A DNA stretch of 64,000 nucleotides from Lama guanicoe. Taxonomy: Eukaryota. Shown here in pieces: positions 54,739-64,000 of this stretch. Below the pieces are notes generated by a model. The model ran no database searches. It worked only from the letters and a program-made list of their open reading frames with translations, and was not told the DNA's origin. Positions within the stretch are counted from its first letter, which is position 1; the number at the start of each line of letters is the position of its first letter. The position numbers and the translations under genes were made by a program. The stretch covers positions 434,001 through 498,000 of the forward strand of contig MU054466.1 in assembly GCA_013239625.1 (NCBI GenBank), given 5' to 3'.

Positions 54739-54865
54739 CCTCTGCCCGGACAGGTGCACGGGTGCCAGGACAGGTGCGTGGGTGCCCCGCTGGCCTCTGT
54801 GGCTGGGACACAGGGGCTGGTGCTGCCCGTGCTCTGGGAGCTGTGAGCCCCACCGGGACGCCACA

Positions 54866-54885
54866 GTCATGACCCGATCATGTGA
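54866..54885. promoter_or_regulatory. M-box/E-box (MITF/TFE-type) upstream of TSPAN10
   Basis: TCATGTGA at 54878-54885, 140 nt upstream of the ATG, beside a GTCATGAC palindrome at 54866-54873. Confidence 0.5.
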
Positions 54886-55221
54886 GGAGTTGTATTTTAG
54901 GGCTTAAGAGGACAAGCCTCTGCTGGCGAGACGCAGGATCCTCCCTTGGGAGCCCGGATTCGGCCCGGCTCTGTGCAGGCTCGACGTGGGTGAGGCTGGC
55001 GGGGGGCTGGCCTTGTGGCCAGCACCACAGGACCCCAGTGTGGGCCTCAGCCTGGCAGGTCCAGAGGATCAGACCCCTGCGAACTGGCTCTGGTTCCCAT
55101 AACCATCCTGGGAGACCTGCCCACAGCTAAATGTGTTTATCCCGACTTGTCCACGGCAAGAAGGAAATCCTATGCATATATGTATATTTGAAGTGCCTTT
55201 CTTTTTCACAAACCACTGGCT

Positions 55222-55420
55222 ACTAACCACTATATATAAAAATAGATGAAAAACAAATCTCTTCTGTACAGTACAAGGAACCATATTCAACATCTTGTAA
55301 TAACTTTCAACGAAAAAGAATATGAAAACAAGTATGTGTATATGTATTCATGACTGGGACATTATGCTGTGCACCAGAAACTGACACACTGTAACCGACT
55401 GTGCTTCAATTAAAAAAAAT
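55222..55420 (+). mobile_element. L1 3' UTR fragment
   Basis: ctatatataaaaatagatgaaaaacaa...ctgtacagtacaaggaaccatattcaa...gctgtgcaccagaaactgacacactgtaa...cttcaattaaaaaaa. Confidence 0.75.
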
Positions 55421-55427
55421 TACAATA

Positions 55428-55572
55428 GGGGGAAGGTATACCTCAGTGGTAGAGCACAAGCTTAGCAGGTACTATGTCCTGGGTTCAATCCCCAGTACCT
55501 CCATCAAACAAACAAACAAATAAATGAATCTCATTACCCTCCCATCTGTAAATAAATAGATGAATAAATAAA
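55428..55572 (+). mobile_element. tRNA-Ala-derived SINE (Vic-1-type)
   Basis: gggggaaggtatacctcagtggtagagcacaagcttagc...gtcctgggttcaatccccagtacctcca followed by an AAAC/AAAT tail. Confidence 0.8.
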
Positions 55573-55882
55573 GGACCACACAGACTGCTGGGCTGTGGGC
55601 AGGTCAGGGCCAGGCCTTGTGCAGCTACACGGTGGCTCACCTCTTTGTCTGAGAGGACACACCCAGCCCTGTCAGTTACTGCATTGGGCTCCCAAGGTGG
55701 CTCTCAGGGAGACAGTGGTCACCTCTCTGGCTCCATCGCAGCCCTGTTCTGATACTGGGTAGCCTTTACCAGCACTGTTAGGGGCTGAATTGTGTCCCCT
55801 GCAAATTTATATTTGAAGTCCCAGCCCCAGCACCTCGGAGGTAGGACCTTTAAAGAATAATTAACTTAAAATCAGGCCTTTA

Positions 55883-56750
55883 TACACGAAAACATGCTCA
55901 AAATCACTGATTATCAGAGAAATGCAAATCAAAACTATAATGAGGTATCATGTCACACCAGCCAGGATGGCCATCGTTCAAAAGTCCACAAATGACAAAT
56001 GCTGGAGAGGCTGTGGAGACAAGGGGACCCTCCTCCACTGCTGGTGGGAATGCAGTTTGGTGCAGCCACTGTGGAAAACAGTGTGGAGATTCCTCAAAAG
56101 ACTAGGAATAGACTTACCATATGAACCAGAAATCCTGCTCCTGGGCATATATCCAGAAGGAACCCCATTTCAAAANNNNNNNNNNNNNNNNNNNNNNNNN
56201 NNNNNNNNNNNNNNNNNNNNNNNNNNNNNNNNNNNNNNNNNNNNNNNNNNNNNNNNNNNNNNNNNNNNNNNNNNNNNNNNNNNNNNNNNNNNNNNNNNNN
56301 NNNNNNNNNNNNNNNNNNNNNNNNNNNNNNATTTGCAGCAACATGGATATCCCTGGAGAATGTCATTCTAAGTGAAGTAAGCCAGAAGGAGAAAGAAAAA
56401 TACCATATGAGATCGCTCATATGTGGAATCTAAAAAGAAAAAACAAACCCCATAAATATAAAACAGAAACAGACTCACAGACATAGAATACAAACTTGTG
56501 GTTGCCAGGGGGGCGGGGGGTGGGAAGGGACAGACTGGGATTTCAAAATGTAGAACAGATAAACAAGATTGTACTGTGTAGCACAGGGAAATATATAAAA
56601 GATCCTGTGGTAGCTCACAGTGAAAAAAATGTGACAATGAATATATGTATGTTCATGTACAACTGAAAAATTGTGCTCTACACTGGAGTTTGACACAACA
56701 TTGTAAAATGACTATAACTCAATAAAAAAAAAAGTTAAAAAAATAAAAAT
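55883..56750 (+). mobile_element. 5'-truncated L1 (ORF2 C-terminus, 3' UTR, poly-A) with 15-bp target-site duplication
   Basis: ORF 55922 reads [71 protein letters not shown] (55868-55882) / AAAACCAGGCCTTTA (56751-56765). Confidence 0.92.
56176..56330. other. Assembly gap (155 N) inside the L1
   Basis: Run of n characters. Confidence 0.99.
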
Positions 56751-57319
56751 AAAACCAGGCCTTTAGGGTGGGCCCTCTGCAGTGTCCTTGTAAAAAGAGG
56801 AAACTGGGATGCAGAGAGACACTAGGGATGCACCTGTAGAGAGAACAGACACAGGAAGAAGGCGGCCGTCCAACTGCAAGCTTCAGAAGAAGCTCAACTC
56901 TGTCACCTGAACTTGGTCGCACTTCCAGGCTCCAGAACTACGAGAAAATGGATTTAAGCCACCCGGCCTGCAGTGTGTTGCTACAGCAGCCCCAGAAGAC
57001 AAACGCAACTACTCATATAGCTTCACAGAATCAACGTCATACCTTCACAGTCACATGACAGAGATGAAGAGGAAAGTGGGGTACGGCAGGACCGCACGCC
57101 TGTTGTCAAGCAACGCTCGCACGTAACTCCACTGGGAGACAGACGCGGCCAGAAGATGCAGCCCTGCGCTTCCCTGAAGGGATACACGTGCTGATAGGAG
57201 AAGCAGAAAGAGTCTGTTCTGTATGGGAAGAATGTGACAAGGTGACAGCAGGATGTGTCAGCAGAATGAAAACCGTACACCAGTCCTGGGGGCAACCCTC
57301 ACAGCTCTTCCTCCGTTTG

Positions 57320-57955
57320 TCCAGGATCCAGCCACCTATAGGCCTTGGCTGCCCTCTGGACTATTGCATCAGCCTCCCCAGGGGTCTTTCTGCTTCTTCT
57401 CTGGCCCTTTCCCCACTGTCAGTTCTCTGTTCAGCCTCCAGAAGAAGCCTAAAATGTAACACAGAGCCTGCCTCCTCCATCTCACCTTTCCAAAGGCCTC
57501 CTAACACACTTAGACTAGAATCCAAAGGCCTTTCCCTTTGTGGCAGGGTTCTTCATGACCTAGCCCTCCCCACCTTCTCTCTTTGCACTCTCTTTGCAGA
57601 CTGGCCCCCTCAGCACGTCTCAGGCCCCTGGACCTTTGCATGTGCTTTCCCCTCCTATTCCACCCCTCTGTCAGATATCTGCATAGCTCATCTCATCTGG
57701 GACCTGCTCAGACCTCACCTCCTCAGAGATCTTTCTTGACCATCCTACTCAAAATCTCGTCTACCACTCTCTGTTCCTCTCCCCTGCTTTGGCACTTGTC
57801 CCCCTCTCCTATGTTACATATTTACATGTTGATCTCTGTAATCTGCCTCCTGCTGGCAGCTTGCCCCAGGGTAGGGGTCTCTCATTCTTGCTCTGTCCCC
57901 ATACCACACACAAAGTAGACCCTTAATAAATATGTACTGATGTAATAATGAATAA
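57320..57955 (+). mobile_element. L2 LINE 3' fragment
   Basis: ctggactattgcatcagcctcc...cttagactagaatccaaa...ggacctttgcatgtgct...cacctcctcagaga...cttaataaatatgtactga...aatgaa. Confidence 0.7.
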
Positions 57956-58499
57956 GCCAAGTTCAAATAATTGCTGAAACAGGAGTTAGAGAACACAATG
58001 CTTTAGAAACACTGACTTTGAAACAGTAATAACAAAATCAGTGAAATTAAGATAGCAGGAAAGGGAGGAAGTGAGAGCAACGACTTCCCACCTGTTTTCA
58101 GCACAGGAGATAAACACAATCCGAAATTGAACCAAGGGCTTAAAAAACACAGGTTAGCCTCTTAGAGGTTTTCGTAACGTTTCCCCCACAGTCCCGGGCA
58201 AGGTCAGGCCCAAAATGTGGAAGGTGAAATGGGGAGCTCCTCGTTGAAAAGGATTAAAGGTGTCAAGCCAGAGACGGCGGAGTGTTGCACTCCGCGGGCG
58301 CCCATGGAGCTGGCCCTGGGGGCATGCATATTCCAGGATGTTACATCTCTGCGGCAAAGAAGCGTTTATCTAAAATGCAGCCTAAATTCATTTGTTCCTT
58401 TTGTGTTAGATTCAGGGGAAATGCCTTATTTAAAAAAATGTACCACGAAGCTCTGATGTCACCTTCCTGAAACTATTTCTCTACTTCTGTGCGACCAGC

Positions 58500-58867
58500 G
58501 AGGTGCCTGGGACGCGCGCTCCGCCGCTGCTCCGCTCGGGCTCTCGCGTCTCGCCACCGCGTGGCCAGAGGGGGCGCCAGTCCGCGCGTACTGCCGCGCG
58601 AGGTCGCCTGCGCATGCGCGGGCCGTTGTCAGACCGGAACCTAGTTGCGCGGCCGGAACCCGGTTGCGCGGCCTCGCGGCCCGGGGGGAGCGCGTCGGGG
58701 GAGGCACCGCACGTCGCGGCGGTGGCGGCAGCGCGGCGGAGCTGGAGCGGCGGTGGCGGCGGCGGCGGGAGGCCGGGGCTGAGGCCGAGGCCGGGGCTGC
58801 GAGGCCCGCGGGGCGGCAGGCGGCGGCGGCGGCCCGGGGCTTGAGTCCGGAGACGGGAGCGGCCGCC
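58500..58867 (+). promoter_or_regulatory. NPLOC4 CpG-island promoter / 5' UTR
   Basis: CTCF-like GTGGCCAGAGGGGGCGCCA at 58561-58579, NRF1 TGCGCATGCGC at about 58609-58619, CCGGAA ETS sites and a GGC-rich UTR. Confidence 0.8.
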
Positions 58868-61800
58868 ATGGCCGAGAGTATCGTGAGTGGGGCGGCCGGC
58901 CGGGAGGGCGCCGGGATGAGGCAGCAGATTTGCCGGCGCGGCCTGCGGGGAGGGAGGCGCCGCGGCCCGCCCGCCTCCGTCGGAGCTGGCCCGGCCGGCT
59001 GGGCTCCCGACCTCCCCTCCGCCGGCTCCTTTCGGCCCCTGGCCGGCGGGGGAGGCCGGGCGGCTCGCGGGGGAGTAGGCTGTCGCGGGGGGCTCGCCGG
59101 GCGTTCTTGAAGGGCTCCGGTCTCCCCTCCTCATCTCCTGTCGGCCTTTCCTGCCTCCTCCCGTCGCTTCAGTAAGTGCCTTGTCATGAGTCACCAGAGG
59201 GAGAGCACTTTCTGCAAACAGGGACCTTGCGGGACCCCCTCCCCGCAGAGGGAGCAGCGAAGAAGGGAAGCGGCGGCCTGGGGATGGCAAGGAGCGTTTG
59301 ACAGTTATGTGTATGTAAAGGAATGTTGTGAAGGTTGACTTCACTTGGTACCTGACGTTAGGGATTGACACACTGCCTTTTACCCACCTTTAAGTTAAAA
59401 AAAAAAAAAGCCAATGAAAATCAGAAAAAACCGGCCAGGCGTTAACTTATGGAAAGTTTCCTCTCAAAAGTCAACGTGAGGGGGGAAAAAAGTCTATGTG
59501 GCAGGAAGAAAACCCAACAGACCAGCTGCACAGAGGAATTTTGGTCAACATTACGGAATCATTGGGATTTCCTGGGGGAAGGGAAAGTAGTACCCAGTGG
59601 CAAGTGATGTTCTGAACCTGGCTGTGCAGTGGCCTCTGCGGTTTTGCCCGGCGTCCAGAATGGCGTTCGTACTGCTCTCTGGATGTCCTGGGGCTGCAAG
59701 ACCTCCAGCTGTGGCCTTTCAAGCTTTCTTCTAACGACTTCTCCTTACTCAGCTCTCCATTCAAGGGCCCTGCGGCCCCCTCCTTGGTTCCCATCCTGCA
59801 GATGAGCAAAAGGAGTAAATGCCCTGGAAAAATGTGCCATCATCTTTTAAAATAAGATTTGCTAGGGGGAGGTATAGCTCAGGGGTAGAGCGCGTGCTTA
59901 GCATGCCCGAGGTCCTGGGTTCAATCCCCAGTACCTCCGTTAAAATAAGCAAATTAAATGAAAACCTAATTACTCTACCCACCAAGAAAAAGACTGATTG
60001 AAAATAAATAAATAAAATTTAAAAAATCAAAATAAGAGTTACGAATCAATTGGTGACTCATCCTAGAGTTAGCACTCAGATCTGCTTTCAGACTTTCTCT
60101 TCACTGATGTGTTTAACTGAGTTGAAGTAACCGTGGACAGCAGAGTTGTTTTGGAGAAGGCTGTGTTTTTCCCAGTGTGTGTATCAGGCTGTGCTCTCAT
60201 TGATAGCGTGACTGCCTTGGCGAATTTCTCAGATTGTGAGGAATTAAAACATCCTTCTTCTGAAATTTATTATTTATTAATAAAGAGGTCTTCTAAAGAT
60301 TTCTGTGGGCTAACTGGTTTTGTAATTTTCACTTTTTTGGTGGGGGAGGGAGAGAGTGTGGGCTAACTGGTTTTTATCTCACCAGTTCTTCGATTCCCCC
60401 AGGAAGTATTCTGGGCTTATTTTCTTATAAATAGGGAAACCTAAGTTACCAAGAAGTTGTGTGTCCTTGTTGCCAGGCCAGTCTCTTCTTGGGTATTTTA
60501 TTTTATAGCCCATGTCAGAGGCCAAGCCAGAACTTCCTTCAGTATGAGTTCTGTTTGTCTCTTGGAGTTAAATACTGATCTTGGCTTGGAAACCTGGACT
60601 GCCATGCCCTGTTGTAAATAAACAAGGGGAATTACCTCTTAAGCTTTAGAACTCTCCAGAAGTATGTAATCCTGACCATTAGCTCCTCAAGGAGCGGAGT
60701 GTTATGCTCATGGTTCTGAGTGAACAAAGGAATGATCACAGAACCCCTCAAAGAGAAGGAGAGCTCTTTACTTCTTAACCTGCCTCAGTGTTGGAGACAG
60801 ATTTCAGAAACAAATCAATGGAAATTTCTTAATGCCCAGGAGGCTGATTTCTAGGTGTTGAATCCAGAGTAAAGTGTAGCAGAAATCAAAAATCAAAAAA
60901 CTTAATGTCTGCAGTGCATACAGATGAGCGAGAAAGCTAAACAGATGATATTGAGAAGCAAAAAAAAAAATTATCCTTTTAACAATTGGGATTTCATGAG
61001 GAGTATTTTAAAAAATCTTAAAAATTGAGAAAATTATGAGGGTAAACCCTTTCCAGTCAAGTGAAAGTTAGTAAATGAGACAGAGTCAAGCCAGGAAAAT
61101 CTAGACTGTTCTGAATTTGTGTGATAAAAGTGGACAGATCAAAAGCCATTGTGGTATTTTGTCATGTGTGTCAGTAAAAGCCTTTTCAAAGACAACTGCT
61201 TGTGTGGTTTCCATCTGTGTAGTTTTGTTTTAAATATAACGTACAGCACACTAACTGCTGAGAGGAGAAATTACAGCGGGAGAACTTTGTGGCACTTTCT
61301 GTCCATCATTCCATTCCTGTGGCAGGCGGAGCATCTTGTGTCTAGTTGGTGACAGGGCTTGCTGCTCCATGCTCCCTGGCTGAAGCAGGACCTTGTGCAG
61401 CTGGCCAGGCAGACCAGCTCACCTTCAGCAGGGCTGTGACCAGCCTAAAAGTCAGGTCTAGAAAGTGGTGCTCTTTGTCCAGTGTCTTTAGGCCTGGCAC
61501 CTGTTTCAGGCTTGCTGTGAAAGTATTTTTTTTAAATCCTGCCAAGTTTGACCATGGTATTGAACACTTTTATTTCTTTTCTTTTAATCTTTCTGTTGAC
61601 AGTAAATAAACTAGAAGATTTCCTGTGATTCTTTTAAATTAGTCTAACCTATGTGTGGATCCTAGAACAAAGTGAGATCTTTTCTAATGAACTTGGTCAT
61701 TCATGACTCATGGTGGGTTTTTCCTGATTTTTTTTCCTTTTGGTACATCTGAAGAGAAAGATGCTAGTGTTTCAGATATACTCACTTTTTAAAAAATATA

Positions 61801-62296
61801 CATTCATTTATTTATACTGAAGTATAATCAGCTTACAACGTTGTGTTGGTTTCTGGTACATAGCACAATACTTCAGGCACATAGGAACATACATGTATTC
61901 ATTTTCACATTCTTTTTCAGATATAATCTTAATAAACGAATAAATAAGGGTTAGAAATTGAAGTTTGTATTTTCCTGAGTGAGACAATGGGAGTTGAGAA
62001 TCAGGCTGTACTCTTAGGATGTCCTCCCATATGCTGGTGACTGTACCTCTGCTTCTCTTCTGGAAACCTTGGGTTGGGCGTTGCGAGGAGGAAGGGTAAA
62101 GTTTGGCGTTAAGTCTCTGACCCAAACGCTGAAGGACTGCAGGTGCTAGTTTCAGAGATAGGTCGGGAGGACCTCACTAGTCTGTGCAGTAACCATCTCG
62201 TGTCATTTACGACAGATAATTCGTGTCCAGTCCCCCGACGGGGTGAAGAGGATCACAGCAACGAAGAGGGAGACAGCTGCGGCGTTTCTGAAGAAG
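58868..62296 (+). CDS. NPLOC4: Nuclear protein localization protein 4 homolog (p97/VCP cofactor), 5' part only
   Basis: Exon 1 CDS 58868-58882 (MAESI, Kozak GCCGCCATGG, donor GTGAGT). Exon 2 62216-62296 (IIRVQSPDGVKRITATKRETAAAFLKK). The gene continues beyond the window. Confidence 0.93.
59865..60028 (+). mobile_element. tRNA-Ala(AGC)-derived SINE (Vic-1-type), full length
   Basis: Head is close to tRNA-Ala(AGC), followed by an AT-rich tail. Flanks AAAATAAGATTTGCTA (59849-59864) / AAAATAAGAGTTACGA (60029-60044) match 13/16 as a TSD. Confidence 0.88.
61805..61920 (-). mobile_element. L1 3' end fragment (antisense)
   Basis: tttatttatactgaagtataatcagcttacaacgttgtgttggtttctggtacatagca...ttttcacattcttttt. 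Confidence 0.7.
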
Positions 62297-62744
62297 GTAC
62301 CTGTGGGCTGTCCACCTTCCCGCCCCACTGCCGTCGCCTTCCTGCTCTGTGTGTGTCTCTTTTCCTCATCTCCTGGTTCCGCCCCCTCCCAAGTTCAGCC
62401 TCTTGCATTGCTTTTCTCTGTCATGATTGGGGGGTCAGATGTGTCGCAGCTGACCACTGCTGCCCTTGTAGGACCAAGAGCCCAAGGGTAAGTAGAAGAG
62501 GATTTCACAGGAGTAATACTTATAAGCGTGAATAATCAGAGTGGAGAACTTGAATTGTCTATCAAAGGGGAGTTAAAAATGCGATTCCACTTCGTTCTAG
62601 AAAATATTAGAGCCATGTGCAACCCATCTATTGTGGGAGCACAGAATATGATTTGAAAGAGCACAAGCGAGATTCAAAAGGGGGAACACCTGGAAGGAAG
62701 GCCAAAGCGAGGAGAGTGGCTTTCGCTTTATGCCCATAGCACAG

Positions 62745-62930
62745 GTCGGTGCGCCGCGGCGCGGGCCTGGCCTGCCGTTTCCGTTGCAATGCGGCCACGA
62801 GTGCTGCTGTAGGCGCTGTCTGGCTGCTTTTGAGCGCCAGGGCAGGGCTGAGTAGCTTGACAGACCATGTGGCCTGCAAAACTGAAAATACTTACTGCTT
62901 GACCCTTCACAGAAAGAGTCTGCCAACCTC
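62745..62930. mobile_element. MER58-like hAT DNA transposon remnant
   Basis: gagtagcttgacagaccatgtggcctgcaaaactgaaaatacttactgcttgacccttcacagaaagagtctgccaacctct. Confidence 0.55.
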
Positions 62931-63629
62931 TATGCATTCTTTATTATTTGAATTTATTGCAAGCAGGTGTTATCTTTGTAATGATAAAAATTAGTGTTCT
63001 TCATTTTTCATGCTTTCATTTAGCATTTTATTTTATTCTTACATAAAGTGCTTTTTAAGGCTGATTTGGAATCGTGTTTATGATATAAACATAAGGAGGA
63101 GAATCCGAGTTGAATTAAGTGGGTAGGATCCCTTTGTGACACTTCATTCAGAGTCCAGCCTTCCTGAACCATTTTTTGTCTCAGCTGTCAACGTCCTTGA
63201 AGGGGTCCTCATCTGCCCTCTCAGGAGGGTCAGCGTGCCAACCGCCGACACCTGTTCTGCAGGTGCTGCTGCTGGGTTCCCTGCGTCTCACCCGTGGGGC
63301 TCAGCCGCCGAGATCGCCACTCCTTCCTTGACTGATCATTAAATGGCTTGTTTGGTAGAAATATTGGGGGGTGACAGTTGTTCAGCTTCTTGGGTGACAA
63401 GTCTGCGTGAGTCCAGGCAGTGACCGGTGTGTCAGCTCTGCTAAGACGCTGTTGCTGTAAGAGGCACCCATTCCAGCGATGTGAAATCTTACCTGTGATC
63501 GTTTGTAACCCGCTTTTTTTCACCTGATGACGGTTATGGACATGGTTCTATGTCAACAAGCGTAGATTTACATCCTTTTTTTTTTCAATAAGTTATTTCC
63601 TTTTTATTTTTGCAATGTCATTCCATATC

Positions 63630-63900
63630 TTTTTTTAATTGTGATTTTAAAAAAGCATAAAATTTGCCACATAAACCGTGTTTCTGCATGCCTTTCAGTC
63701 GTGTTAAACATACTCACGGTGTTATGCAGCCGTCACCCCCACCCGTCTCCAGACTTTCTTCATCTTCCCAAACGGAAACTCTCTCCCCATTGGACTGACT
63801 CCCCCTCCCCGTGCCGTGGCCCCCACCATTTCTGCTTTCTGTCTTCATGAATTTGGCTCCTCCAGGGACCTCATGTTAGTGGACTCATGCTGATTTATAA
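63630..63900 (-). mobile_element. Old L1M 3' fragment (antisense)
   Basis: ttttttaattgtg...cataaaatttgcca...catactcacggtgttatgcagccgtcacc...ccattctgctttctgtcttcatgaatttggct...gggacctcatgttagtgga. Confidence 0.7.
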
Positions 63901-64000
63901 TGACTCATGATGTGGCTGTGCATTTGTGCTCTATCATTGGACTTTGAGATGGCCTCTCTGTCCCCTCACAAACCTGTCTGCAAAGTGTGTGCTGGCCTCT

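Larger units (their letters stand above)
55776..57007 (+). mobile_element. MLT1-type LTR split by an L1 insertion (halves 55776-55882 and 56766-57007)
   Basis: 5' half tgttaggggctgaattgtgtcccc...tttaaaga...taaaatcaggccttta continues as gggtgggccct...tgtccttgtaaaaagagga...ccagaactacgaga...tttaagccacc...cagcagcc. Confidence 0.7.

Noticed and set aside
58459-59371. Overlapping long ORFs at the NPLOC4 5' end
   Set aside because: CpG-island and GGC-repeat artefacts. Only the 15-nt MAESI segment is coding.
59865-59938. Possible tRNA-Ala(AGC) gene (also at 55428 and 41046)
   Set aside because: Altered acceptor stem, AT-rich tails and TSDs show these are SINE heads.

Overview
GC-rich mammalian genomic DNA, not prokaryotic. 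tRNA-Ala-derived Vic-1-type SINEs point to a camelid. The gene order matches human 17q25.3. Nine spliced genes were reconstructed by hand: SLC25A10 (-, 11 exons, 287 aa), MRPL12 (-, 5 exons, 198 aa), HGS (-, 21 exons, 776 aa), ARL16 (+, 5 exons, 173 aa), CCDC137 (-, 6 exons, 292 aa), OXLD1 (+, 2 exons, 153 aa), PDE6G (+, 3 coding exons, 87 aa), TSPAN10 (-, 3 exons, 359 aa) and the first two coding exons of NPLOC4 (+). The window also has two head-to-head CpG-island promoters, a decayed ERV1 provirus, MLT1/MER21/MER34-like LTRs, L1/L2/MIR fragments and a 155-nt N gap. The most unusual observations concern gene structure: a U12-type intron in ARL16 with CT...AC ends instead of AT...AC, an apparent precise intron loss in HGS next to a GC-AG intron, a frameshifted and extended TSPAN10 C-terminus, a phase-compatible MRPL12-SLC25A10 read-through route, and a 43-44 bp tandem repeat at the MRPL12 5' end. 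All comparisons to human orthologs and repeat consensuses are from recall and need alignment.
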